NCBI GenBank assembly: GCA_951406725.2
Contig: OX597815.1
Span: 3,596,001 to 3,660,000, forward strand
Source of the DNA: Octopus vulgaris
Taxonomy: Eukaryota
DNA length: 64,000 bases
Direction: 5' to 3'
Part shown: piece by piece, positions 43,243 to 57,529 of the stretch
Numbering within the stretch: the first letter of the stretch is position 1
How the letters are laid out: each line of letters starts with the position of its first letter
Made by a program: the position numbers and the translations under genes
Notes under the pieces: generated by a model
What the model saw: only the letters and a program-made list of their open reading frames with translations
The model's database searches: none
What the model was told of the DNA's origin: nothing

Positions 43243-43549
43243 CACACACACATACACACACGCACGGGGATATGAAATTAGGTTTTTTTAATTCTCGCTC
43301 AGTACGTTTCGATAGCGGGGCAATTTATTTCCACGCGGTGTATTACGTAATATGATCATAGGCTTGGGAACAGGTGGTGCAGGGGGTGAAAGCACCCCCC
43401 ACCGCTAAAATTGCAATGAAAACGCTTTGAACATCCTCTTTAAAAACTTCATTGTCAAAAACGAACGAGCGTTGAAACACTTTTGAACTGATTTCGAACA
43501 TTACTTCTCCATTATTCGATTTATCTCATGTGATTGAAGTGCATATAAC

Positions 43550-43677
<128 letters not shown>

Positions 43678-43710
43678 CAACAACAATAAGAACAACAAGA
43701 ATTATTATTA

Positions 43711-43780
<70 letters not shown>

Positions 43781-43781
<1 letters not shown>

Positions 43782-44009
43782 TATTTTTCTTTCTTTCTTC
43801 TTTCTTCAAATTTTCTTCCGTTTCTCGCCGAGTGTTTTCCGTACACCTAGGGCAGAGAAGCTCATTGTATGCATTCCCAGATTACACACGCAAATTCACA
43901 GGTAAAATATGTATTTAAAAAAATTAATGAATAAATAAAGTCATCGATGGATGTTGTTTTCGCAGCGATAATGCTTCTTCTCAGTACATGAGTCGTTCCA
44001 GTTAACACG

Positions 44010-44010
<1 letters not shown>
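43781..44010 (-). mobile_element. R4/Dong-like 3' end inside (TAA)n
   Basis: VLTGTTHVLRR C-terminal motif plus UTR; TAA/TTA repeats on both sides. Confidence 0.7.
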
Positions 44011-44065
<55 letters not shown>

Positions 44066-44073
44066 CATCATCA

Positions 44074-44123
<50 letters not shown>

Positions 44124-44289
44124 CCTGTGTATGTATTACGATTTTACAACTGGAAAAAATCGACTTTGTAAAAAAAAATTGGACCTGAATTTGCACTCCG
44201 TCAGCAAATTTCGTTCCAGCACTTATAAATATGATATGAGATTACATGACTTGCATTACACATTATACTTCATTTTTAGCCATTTGATG

Positions 44290-44348
<59 letters not shown>

Positions 44349-44729
44349 GCACATATATACATAATCGCACACATACATACATATGTATATCATTATTCAT
44401 TTTTATTTCAAGATTTCTTGCCAATAGAGAAAGAACCAGTTTCTAACCTTTGATCGAAAGCTCCTTCATTGGAATTTCAACATCAACAAAAGGGTATTTT
44501 TGCATGTATGCATGTATATATGTATGCATGTGTGTATATAAATGAACATGTAGACAAGAATACGATCTCTCGTGTTTTGTTATATTTCCTCCATATACTC
44601 TGTGACATACTTAAACTCCGGATTCATACCAAATAATATGCTTTCAATATCACCTTCAGAAATACCCATAAATTGGATATCGCTAGCCACTAAACCATTT
44701 TTATTTTCTTTCTCTGCTTATTTCTGTGT

Positions 44730-44770
44730 TCCTCTCTGACGAAGAGCGTAAGCTCGAAACGTAAAAAGAC
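44730..44770 (+). ncRNA. Hammerhead ribozyme-like motif with canonical core
   Basis: CUGACGA-a-GAGC(GUAA)GCUC-GAAAC-GUA; stem I imperfect; the element tail (about 44797-44858) matches the reverse complement of 13640-13701. Confidence 0.6.
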
Positions 44771-44854
44771 TTTCTCACTTCCCGAGCGTAAATCTAATAC
44801 ATCTGTTTGTTGTTTACACACCCGTCTTCATGTTGTTTTTTTGTTAATTCTCAC

Positions 44855-44898
<44 letters not shown>

Positions 44899-44927
44899 TG
44901 TGCGTGTGTGTGCGTGTATGTATGTAC

Positions 44928-44986
<59 letters not shown>

Positions 44987-45473
44987 TGAGGAAGGCAGTA
45001 GATAACATTCGGGCTACGTTTGTTTCATAGCGAGCGGAAGCTCAGAAGCGGTGAATATCCAAACGAGGCTAGTCTTCAGGCCAAGGGTATCGAATCCTCT
45101 GTATATTAACATGGGTCTCCTGACTGCTAAACTTCATCTAATTAAGATACCCCTGGCCTGAACAGTGGCCTGTGGTTAACACCTCGCTTGGATGGTCACT
45201 ACTTCCGAGGATCCACTCGCTATGAAAACATCTGTAACCCGGATTTTGTCTACTCCATTCCTTAATTCATGGATTTTTATTCACATACCCGGAAACCCTG
45301 GCTGCCTACTGAGAAATATAAAGTAATTTTTATTCAGCTTATCGTACTGCGATACGGAAAGAATCCGCAAGCTTCAACCCCGATAGACCACTGAAAGTTG
45401 TTTTTTCTTTATATATTTTCTACGAATTACTTGAAGCTCACTTTCTTCCTATACCCTGATCGTTGGAACTTAC

Positions 45474-45540
<67 letters not shown>

Positions 45541-45547
45541 GCATATT

Positions 45548-45757
45548 TTTTTACTACCCACAAGGGGCTAAACACAGAGAGGACAAACAAGGACAGACAA
45601 ACGGATTAAGTCGATTACATCGACCCCAGTGCGTAACTGGTACTTAATTTATCGACCCCGAAAGGATGAAAGGCAAAGTCGACCTCGGCGGAATTTGAAC
45701 TCGGAACGTAGCGACAGACGAAGTATGGCTACGCATTTCGCCCGGCGTGATAACGTT
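45548..45757 (-). mobile_element. SINE family B
   Basis: Reverse complement of the family B consensus. Confidence 0.85.
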
Positions 45758-45760
45758 TCT

Positions 45761-46280
<520 letters not shown>

Positions 46281-46623
46281 TATATATGCGTGTATATATA
46301 TATATATATACACGCATACACACAGACACACACATATACACACAATTGCAACGTGGAAGGTGTTTATAAGTCATTTCAAAATACACAAAAACCGTTAGAT
46401 TCACTTCAAAAACTTAATTTAATTTGTCAAAATATTTTCGTCGCTTTGAAACCGCGACCTGTTGAAGTGGATCTAAAGGTTTTTGTGCGTCTTTAAATAG
46501 CACTCAGGTTTATGCATCCAGACTTACACTCCTTTATGAACACATTTACTCTCGCTTTTCCTCTTTCTTCCACGCGCACCGTCATTCTTTCACATACACC
46601 CATACACACACTCACACACGCAC

Positions 46624-46692
<69 letters not shown>

Positions 46693-46847
46693 TACATATA
46701 TAGATATAGATATATAGATATATGCATACACATTTATATTATAACCAAATACACAAGAATAGAGGAAAAGAATGTAGTTAATCCGAGATAAAAGCCACGA
46801 TAGCAGCAGCAGCAGCAACAGCAACAGAAGCAACAGCAGCAGTAGCA

Positions 46848-46879
<32 letters not shown>

Positions 46880-47823
46880 AACAGCAACGACAACAACTTG
46901 AGCAACAAAACCAATTTCAATTGAAATTTTTGTTTCTTGCGGTATTTCTAACAATTTCTTTCTACTCCTGTTGTTAGTGACAATGTAATTGTTGTTGCTG
47001 TTGTGGTAGCGCTAGTGGTGGAGGTGGTGGTGGTGGTGGTGCTGGTGCTGGTGGTGGTGGTGGTGGTGGTGGTGGTGGTGGTGGTGGTAGTGGTGGTGGT
47101 GGTGGTGGTGGTGGTGGTGGTGGTCTTGGTAGTGGTCATGGTGGTGGGGGGTGTTCGTCGTCGTTGTCGTGGTTGTGGTGGTGATGGTGGTGATACTGGC
47201 GATGTTGGCAGCGGTGGGAGTGGTGATGGTGGTGGTGGTGATAGTAGAGAGGGCGCTATGTGTGGGTGTTGTGGTTTAGACGGTGGTGGCGGCAGAGGAG
47301 GTGGTCATTGTGTTGGAGTTAGTGGCAGTGGTGTTGGTAGATATTATTGTAGAAGTTTTTACAAGCAATATTGGTGATGGTGATGATGATGTTGGTTTGT
47401 AGAGGTGATGACGGCGGTAGTTGAGATTTTGGAGTGGTGGTCGTGGTCGGGGTGTCAGAGCTTTAATCTAACTTAGAAACCCTCAAGTGTAGACATCTGT
47501 TGCTTTTATTTAACAAGAGAGAAACTTCAATGGTATTGTTTGTGGTTATTAGTGTTGTTGTTGTTCTCGTTCCTCGTTTTTATAAAGATAGTTTTTGTTT
47601 GTGCTTCTGTTGTTGTTTTTTACGAACTCTCTCTCCTTCATTTCCTTTTCCCTCCTTCCCTCCCCACTATACCCCCCTCTGCCCTCACCCCTTCACACCG
47701 AGTGCATCTCTCTCCATTGAGCCGTTTCTCGTCTCGTCACCTCGCCGGCCAATTTCACACGAAAACCACTCAAAGATTGTCAGTCTTTTCACCTGATATC
47801 ACATTAATCACACCATATAGATT

Positions 47824-47876
<53 letters not shown>

Positions 47877-47937
47877 GAGATAGACAGATACAAATTTAGG
47901 CACACAGACAGACAGATACACAGACAGACAATTAGTC

Positions 47938-48005
<68 letters not shown>

Positions 48006-48064
48006 TGATTGATTGATTGATAGATAGATAGATAGATAGATAGATAGGTAGGTAGGTAGGTAGG

Positions 48065-48215
<151 letters not shown>

Positions 48216-48253
48216 GCAGACAGACAGATAGGCAGACAGACAGACAGACAGAC

Positions 48254-48322
<69 letters not shown>

Positions 48323-48941
48323 TGATGGAAAATACGAGTAAGAGAGAGGGAAGGAAGAGGAAAGGAAATAGAAAGAGTAGGAGAGATAATGAGTGAGACA
48401 CATTGTGAGAGAGAGAGATTGAGAGATTGAGCTGACTCCATCGCGTTTGCCCTTGCAACAAATTCAATATGGTTGACCAAAACACATAACATCAGATTAA
48501 ACGACATAAGAGGAAACAGAGAGAGAGAGAGGAAGAGGCGTAGGAGACGGAAAGGAGAAGAGGAAGAGAAAAGGTGGAGGCGAAGGAGAGAGAGAGAGAG
48601 AGAGGTGGGGTCATGGCTCGTACGTCATGGATGACCCCTGACTTAGGCTTTTGCGCCTTTATATTCTTATCGTAACAATCGGTTTATCAGTTCGTATTCC
48701 TTCAATAGTGAAGGTAGGTGGTTTAGTGGTGCAGGCGTTCGTCTCACGATCAAAAGGTCTGGGTTCAATCCCTCAACTAGGACATTTCAGTTCACACCAT
48801 GATTTGAACCTGTGCACACCGTTCTTTTACTATTGAAACGTTTGTTGATCTGTAAAATCTGAGGGGGTTTTCTTGCCGCTCCCTGAATAAGGGGGAAGTT
48901 GATACACCTGAAAGTGCGATGGATGTGGACGTGTGTATATA

Positions 48942-49131
48942 CTTTTATTCTTTTACTTGTTTCAGTCATTTGACTGCGGCCACGCTGGGGCACCACCTTC
49001 AGTCGAACAAATCGACCCCCAGGATTTATTCTTTGTAAGCCTAGTACTTATTCTATCATCTCTTTTGCCGAACCGCTAATTTACGGAGACGTAAACACAC
49101 CAGCATCGGTTGTGAAGCAATGGTGGGGGGA

Positions 49132-49229
<98 letters not shown>

Positions 49230-49810
49230 CGACTGGCTTCCGTCGAGTTTCCGTCTACCAAATCCACTCACAAGGATTCGGTCGACCCGAGACTATAGTA
49301 GAAGAAACTTGCTCAAGGTGCCACTGCCTGGCACCTTCGGCAAGTGTCTTTTACTATGTGGTTCTTCTACCATGTTGTTGGTAAGCAAACTACTCTCCAT
49401 ACCACCACTCCTACACTTAGGCACAGGAGTGGCTGTGTGGTAAGTAGCTTGCTTACCAACCACATGGTTCCGGGTTCAGTCCCACTGCGTGGTACCTTGG
49501 GCAAGTGTTTTCTGCTATAGCCTCGGGCCGACCAATGTCTTGTGAGCGGATTTGGTAGACGGAAACTGAAAGAAGCCTGTCGTATATATGTATGTGTTTG
49601 TGTGTCTGTGTTTGTCCCCCTAGCATTGCTTGACAACCGATGCTGGTGTGTTTATGTCCCCGTCATCTAGCGGTTCGGCAAAAAGAGACCGATAGAATAA
49701 GTACTGGGCTTACAAAAGAATAAGTCCCGGGGTCGAGTTGCTCGATTAAAGGCGGTGCTCCAGCAAGGCCGCAGTCAAATGACTGAAATAAGTAAAAGAG
49801 TAAAGAGAGT
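48942..49810. mobile_element. Head-to-head pair of SINE family A copies
   Basis: Minus copy 48942 to about 49415 with a scrambled head; plus copy 49419-49810. Confidence 0.85.
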
Positions 49811-49943
49811 ATATATGTGTTTGTGTGAGTACAAATACATATGTATGAATGTATATGTGTGTGTGCATGTATATATGTGTGTACGTACGTACGTACGTAC
49901 GTATGTATGTATGTATGTATGTATGTATGTATGTATGTATGTA

Positions 49944-49980
<37 letters not shown>

Positions 49981-50281
49981 GTGTGTGTGTGTGTGCATGC
50001 ATGTAAGCGTGCTGCTGAACCAGTTGTTACGTATCCCACTCGTGAGGGATCGATGCTAGATGGGTGGAAACGATTGAAGTGATTATTTGAGATTCTCGTA
50101 TCTTCGATCTTCCGTCTCTCATTAATCAAATCCATAACGGACACTTGAAAGGGGCCGGGCTTTGCCAGCACGCGGCAAGGTATGAACCATTCGTTTTATA
50201 CATACATACATACATACATACACACACGCATATATATATATACAGACATAAATATATATATATATATATATATATACAGAC

Positions 50282-50318
<37 letters not shown>

Positions 50319-50319
50319 C

Positions 50320-50354
<35 letters not shown>

Positions 50355-50427
50355 GACATAAATATGTATATACTATACATATATATTTATGTTTGTGTTT
50401 ACATGCATATATATATATATCATACCG

Positions 50428-50464
<37 letters not shown>

Positions 50465-50577
50465 ATAGACATAGATATAGATATAGATATTGTACCACAT
50501 ATATATAGGTATATATATATACATATGTATGTATATATATATATAGGTATATATATATATACATATGTATATATATG

Positions 50578-50664
<87 letters not shown>

Positions 50665-50865
50665 TACACCATATGTATATCATATCATGCACGCACAAAC
50701 ACACTCATACACACACACATATGCATATATACATACGTACATTCTTACACAGTCCTCCTTATAATGTTAAATATATATCCACATTCAAAAACTTTAAAGA
50801 TCTAGTAATAAATAATCTATCTAGAAAATATTTAAGTTTTTTGAAAATATATATTAACATTATAG

Positions 50866-50897
<32 letters not shown>

Positions 50898-51714
50898 CAT
50901 GTGTGTGTGTCTGCGCGCGTGCACGCGTCCGTATATGTATACGTATAGACTTGTGTTCATATATTCATTTGCATATATATGTGTGTGTGTATATATGTGT
51001 ATATATATATATACGTACATATATATGTGCACACACTCATTTGTATACATGTAATATATATATATATATATATGTGTGTATGAGTGTACGTGCGCGCGTG
51101 TGTGTGTGTATGTATTCTCCTTTGCTATTAACGATTATCTAACAATGTCATGAAAACCTTTTCACCAGAATGTCTATACAATTCCAGCGGGTTAACCATT
51201 TTTTCCCCTACTAAATCGTACGAAAGCTGACGTCTTTTCCATTCTTAATTATCTAAAAAAAAAAAAGAAAGAAAGAAAGAAAGAAAATAAGTTCATATCA
51301 AAAAAAAAATTTCAAGTCCGTTTCCCTATCTCTCCAAACTTGCTCAATACATGATTTCTCTCTATATTTCTGAATATTTTACTAAAGTAAAGAAGCAATA
51401 TCGATTTTTGTATTGTTTCAGTTGGTTCGATGCTATGAATTTCGAAAGATGGGTGGAGACGGGGTAGGAATTTTTAGATGCTGGAATTAATCGATATATA
51501 ATCCAAGTATTCTCATACATATTTTATCGATGATGGAGAGACGAAACTGCTTAGTCACCCCAAAAAGGTGTAAACCGTGTACACAGACAGATGGGATAAC
51601 GGTGATTTATTTTGCCCGCAGAGGTCGAACTTAGATGGCTGAATACAAACCGTTTATTTACTGCTATATATAAATATACATATGATGATGATTGCTTCTT
51701 CTTGAGAGATGATA

Positions 51715-52449
51715 ACTTTCTTTATTAGCCAAACAGGGCCGAACACAGAGGGGACAAAATACAATGTAGAGCTTTTCGTTTCGGAAGAAAAGGAAGAAAA
51801 TAGGAAAAGAAAAGAAAATAAATTTTTGATCAAAAGGGATCGTTTAAAAAAAACGATCAAAAGGGATCGTGTATCACAGAAAAAGGCAAAAATTGTAAAA
51901 AAAACAGATTAGGTTTATCCGTGGAAAGAAAAGTCCTCGAAAAAGACCACGGTAACTTCGGGCAGGGAGGGAAAAACACATGAGAGCAAAGAGCTCTCTC
52001 GGATTTACAGGATCATGCACAAAGTAGTTTCGTCATTCACGCGTACCATCTTTGCTACATTCACCCACCTTTTATTGTATCTTTCATGAAACAAAACTTC
52101 CCTCTCTATTCTCACCTTCTTTTTCAAGTGGTGCTTGAAAAAGTTGATAAGCGATTGGCCAGAGAGATAATTGTTTGTCTCTAAACCTTTCGCTCTGGTC
52201 CACCACACACATTCTTTCACCATAACCACCAGTACGATGAAAACTGTCTTGCCTTCTCGAGTAAGGGAAGATGGAGCAATTTTCACGATAGACTCGGCTA
52301 ACAACGAATTCGTCCCACTCGTGAAAGCAGCCGTTCGGCAAAAGCCCATAGGTCCGAAATGGTTGGACACTGCACGAGTGCGTGTAGAACGGTTTCGTCG
52401 CTCTGACCGCATCTTGGGAAAGTCGGTCCGGTGTGTCTCGAACCGTACC
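51715..52449 (-). mobile_element. L1/Tx1-like LINE 3' fragment with a 12-bp TSD
   Basis: Zinc knuckle (F)PRCGQSDETVLHALVQCP and VWWTR motif; UTR ends AATAAAGAAAGT; TSD TGAGAGATGATA at 51703-51714 and 52450-52461. Confidence 0.8.
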
Positions 52450-52590
52450 TGAGAGATGATAGCCGTCCCCATCAAAAACCCAAACACCACACCCCATCAC
52501 ACAGTACAATCACTCCGTTGATGAGCCCTTAGGTGACTTTTAAGACCAGCTGCTGACTGACAGGGTTCAAACCACAAGTAACAGATAAAT
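52450..52590 (-). mobile_element. RTE-like LINE 3' end
   Basis: FICYLWFEPCQSAAGLKSHLRAH resembles the C-terminal C2H2-like motif of RTE elements; short UTR ending ATCATC. Confidence 0.55.
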
Positions 52591-52627
52591 ACACACACAC
52601 ACAAACACACACAAGCACACACACATA

Positions 52628-52671
<44 letters not shown>

Positions 52672-52699
52672 TATACGTACATATATATATATATAGCTG

Positions 52700-53930
52700 C
52701 ACAGATGGGGTTTGAGGGAGGACCAGCTGTATAGACTTTGGGAGAAAGGGGCACACGGACACTCAACTTGGCAGGATGCAGAATAGCACTTTTCCAAGGG
52801 CGACACAAGTGGTGCCATGATAGAGTGACTGCAACCCTTGCTCGCCCTCCGAAGCAGGAAAGGCTCAAGTGGCATCATCACGAGGGAAAGCATCTGCAGC
52901 AATTAATTTCGTGACAGACGAAGAGAGACCAGTCAGCAAAAAAGACACATGGCTTGCTACATGAATCCCAATCATGAGATATGGAAGTGGACCTGAAGGA
53001 GAGACCGTAGTTTCCCCAAGTCATCCATACGGCCCTGAGGCCTTATGTGGTCCTGTGCTCTGCAAAAAGAAAAAAAATTCGTCTATATACGATAGAGACG
53101 CAGGAGTAGCTGTGTGGTAAGTAGCTTGCTTATAAACCACATGGTTTCGGGTTCAGTCCCACTGCGTGGCACCTTGGGCAAGTGTCTTCTACTATAGCCT
53201 CGGGCCGACCAAAGTCTTTGTGAGTGGATTTGGTAGACGGAAACTGAAAGAAGCCCGTCGTATATATGTATATATGTGTGTGTATGTGTGAGTGTATATA
53301 TGTTTGTGTGTTTGTATTTGTCCCCCCAACATCACTTGACAAACGATGGTGGTGTGTTTACGTCTCCGTAACTCAGCGGTTCGGCAAAAGAGACCGATAG
53401 AATAAGTACTAGGCTTACAAAGAATAAGTCCTGGGGGTCGATTTGCTCGACTAAATGCGGTGCTCCAGCATGGCCAGAGTCAAATGACTGAAACAAGTAA
53501 AATAGTAAAGAGTAAAGAGTAAAATTGAGCTCGCAGTCCCGTGGAAAAATTGGTGTGATGGGAGCGTGTCAAATGTGGGAGCCTTCTACAGGGCTGCAGG
53601 GAGATGGGATGGCAGCTATGGCTTTTGCCCGTCGAGGTTGGCTGTAGAGGGTTCCCTGCTCAGTCGGTATGAAGGATGCTTACAGCCATTGGAATGGGAG
53701 AAAAAGAGTGAAGGGTGATTGTACGCAGGATGAGTGAGACAGCTGAAAGAGCCTTTTGCTGGCTTTGGAGCAAGAGAGATGAGTTAAGCTGGAAGCCATG
53801 AGGAGATGAGGAGCAGAGGGAGGGTGTTACGGTTCAGGGTCAAAACACCTGATGAACGATGGATACCGCCTGATGACATCAGTTCCTCTTGGCCAAAGCT
53901 CTTCGGTGAATGGAAAAAGAACCTCCTTAT
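52700..53930 (+). mobile_element. HERO-like RLE non-LTR 3' fragment split by a SINE
   Basis: ALFQGRHKWCHDRV and VDLKERP*FPQVIHTALRPYVVLCS before the SINE; IELAVPW, PVEVGCRGF and AERAFCWLWSKR after it. Confidence 0.8.
53097..53521 (+). mobile_element. SINE family A inserted into the HERO-like fragment
   Basis: Full consensus; LINE coding motifs continue on both sides. Confidence 0.9.
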
Positions 53931-54109
53931 ATGTGTTATTAACACACACGCACACACATACATTGCATATATATATATACACACACATATATATATATGT
54001 TTATATATATGTATGTGTGTGTATGTGTATATAAATATGTGCGTGTGTATATATATATATATATATGTTATATATATGTATGTGTGTGTATGTGTATATA
54101 AATATGTGC

Positions 54110-54143
<34 letters not shown>

Positions 54144-54182
54144 GTATGTGTGTGTATGTGTATATAAATATGTGCGTGTGTA

Positions 54183-54275
<93 letters not shown>

Positions 54276-54280
54276 GTATA

Positions 54281-54313
<33 letters not shown>

Positions 54314-54534
54314 CTATGTATGTCATCATCATCATCATCATCGTTTAGCGTCCGTTTTCCATGCTAGCATGGGTTATATATATATATGTATGTATGTAGA
54401 TATATATATATACATACATACATACATACATACATACATACATGCATACATACATACATGCATACATACATACATACATACATACATACATACATACATA
54501 CATACATACATACATACACGCATATATACATACA

Positions 54535-54950
54535 TACAAGTGGAAGATCCTGGAAGGAATTGAGCCAAATTTTGGCATTGAAAACTGCAAAAACCAGAAT
54601 GGGTTGCCACTGCATAGTCCCAAAGATCCCAACAATGCCGTCTCGCTTCAGGACCAGTTACTGCAACAGCTTGGGTTTCAAGGGCCCACAGGTTTTTTTA
54701 ATATTCTCCCAAAGAGCCTGAGTTACCTTTATAAAGTGGATGTAGGTGATTTCAAATCATAACTGGATCTCTTTCTGTCGAAAGTCCCAGATGAACCTAC
54801 GTCGCGGTGGGAGGTGCTAATGATGGCAACGATATCAAACTCCCTTATTCACCAAATGCCACATATCAGAGAAGGTTCTCAATAATAACAGTGTAGCAAA
54901 ACGGCGGTGCCAAAGCTTAGAGCTGAAACCGATTAACAGAATTAACAGAA
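54535..54950 (+). mobile_element. CR1/L2-group LINE 3' fragment
   Basis: WKILEGIEPNFGI, FNILPKSL, FKS*LDLFLSKVPDEP; short tandem tail TTAACAGAA x2. Confidence 0.75.
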
Positions 54951-54985
54951 TATATACATATGTACACATACATGCACATGCACTA

Positions 54986-55049
<64 letters not shown>

Positions 55050-55391
55050 CAGTCAAAAAGTTTCGGCTATTCTTTCTACTTAAAAGGGAGATCCCAGTAA
55101 AACCAAAGCACTTAAAAATTGATTTTCGTCATTTCTTTCTCTTTTGCCTGCGTCGTTTGCTTTTTAAGTGCTTTAGTTTTACTGGGATCTCCTTTTAAGT
55201 AGAAAGAATAACCGAAACTTTTTGACTGCTATTTCTAAATTCGGTGTGTGGTGAGGCAAATCGTTGCTGAACCCTTAATTACTTAGTATTACTTAAACCT
55301 TCCTTGAATGGGGCTTTTACATGCCGAACTCTACTTGGTGAAATTAATGATTATTTCTAAATTAATTAATTTCACCCTTTATTATTATTGA

Positions 55392-55472
<81 letters not shown>

Positions 55473-55975
55473 GTAAATATCTATGTGTGTGTAAACAAGG
55501 AGTGACCACCTCAGTTTATTGCCTAATGCTACAATTGTTTCATCGACACTTTACCAGAAGTATTATTGCGGGAATATTATCATACAATATGCATCGTATT
55601 GATATTGTCGTATCAATACTGGAAAATATCGATTCATTAGGTTATATGTGTTTCACTCGATATAAACGCTTCGTTGAAGATGTTTTTTATCATTTCATTG
55701 AGATATATAATAGTTTAAGCAAAAAAATAAATATCCAGAAACGACAAATCCGAATGATCCGGTCAAGGATTAGGATGAACCTAGGAGAACAAAAGGATAC
55801 GGGGAAAATAAATAAATAACATACATAAGATAGCTTAGTGTCTCCGGAACCAGAATCCTACATCTATTCCATCAAGGGAAGAACATACTGACATACCCCT
55901 ACCAATCGAGGTTACAACCCAAATGGGATTTTATACACTCACACATACACACAAACATTCACATACATACTGATA

Positions 55976-56025
<50 letters not shown>

Positions 56026-56154
56026 AAATTATTGTACATTTAAACACAAAGGTATGTTAGGTTGCCTAATATACTAGAAACAACAACCAAAATGTCCAAA
56101 CCACAGTTAAGAGCAATTTCGAAGGGAATGAAAAATAAAAACTATAGATAAATA

Positions 56155-56231
<77 letters not shown>

Positions 56232-56445
56232 TTAGGGAATAAATCCAAATTTACAGGGAAAAATCAGATTTAGGATTGAATCCAATTTTATAGTAAAATA
56301 TATTATATTAAATTAGAGACAAAACCACTATTATGCAAATCAAACAAAGAAAGACTTAAGCCAATACATAAAATAATTTATATAAATTTAGAAATTTAAC
56401 AATTATAAATTATAAACAATTATAAATTTAACAATTATATATATA

Positions 56446-56727
56446 TGGAGGCGCAATGGCCCAGTGGTTAGGGCAGCGGTTTCGATTCCCAGACCGGGTG
56501 TTGTGTGTGTTTATTGAGCGAAAACACCTAAAAGCTCCACGAGGCTCCGGCTTGGGGTGGTGATCCCTGCTATACTCATTCACCACTCTTTCTCACTCTT
56601 TCTTCTGTTGACCTGCTTGCTTAGCCAGCGGGGTGGCGTCATTCGAAGGCTAAAACAATGCGAACGCATTGTGACCAGCGATGTGTAGCAACATTTGATG
56701 GTCTGGTCGGTCACGTGATCACGTGAG
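56446..56727 (+). mobile_element. tRNA-headed SINE (family C-related) inserted in (TA)n
   Basis: GGAGGCGCAATGGCCCAGTGGTTAGG head, shared with the minus-strand fragment ending at 11120; TA on both sides. Confidence 0.7.
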
Positions 56728-57529
56728 ATATATATATATATATATTCTTTATTCTCTTAAACCCTTACTTGTTTCAGACATTTGACTGTGGCCATGCTGG
56801 AGCACTGCCCTTTTAAATGTATTATATTTGTAGTTATCTTTTGGACTAGCACCGAAATTTGAAATTTATCCCGATTTTTAGCAGAATAGAATCAATTAGG
56901 CAGAATTGGAAGATATCAGACGAGTCTTTACTGGTTTCAGTCACTGAAAGTCTCGTTGCTTCCATTGACCAAACCATGAAAGAAACATTCAATATCTCTT
57001 GTGACTGGTAGCAGAGACTCGTCTCTGGCGCATGTATCTCTGATGAGACATGAAACAGGGACGAAACAACAAAAGTGAAGCGTTAATGAGATGACACACT
57101 ACTATATGAATGTGTTTAGTTATAGACGTGTATAACTAAGATAACAGACCGGTATGTTAATATGTTTAGTTTTATGCATTTATTAATGAGGTAATTGTCT
57201 GATTAGTTACGTCTATAGAGTCGGCATGAACGTCACGAAGGAGTCTCCACATCCAGTAATTCTCTCGTTTTTTGTTTTGTTTTATTTGTTTCAAATTTAT
57301 TATACCTGTTGTGTGGACGTCCCCAGACGATGAAGTAGGCTAGTCCAATACGTAGATATATATAGGGAGAAGCCTGAACGTCAAGAGAGTAGAGTAGCGG
57401 TGAGACTAGAACAGAGTAGCAGAAGAGAGCAGAGTTGAGGAGTAGAGGCATCCGAAAGTGCGACATAAGAATACCATAGTATCATTTATAGCACATACAC
57501 AGGATATACAAGTATTTGGTTAATAAGAT

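Noticed and set aside
56446-56500. tRNA genes at SINE heads (also 11530, 18720-18800, 33610-33690, 48710)
   Set aside because: A/B boxes are present but there is no complete cloverleaf, and the sequences run into SINE bodies.
57035-57070. CTGATGA...GAAAC motif
   Set aside because: No stem II pairing and no UH cleavage site in register.
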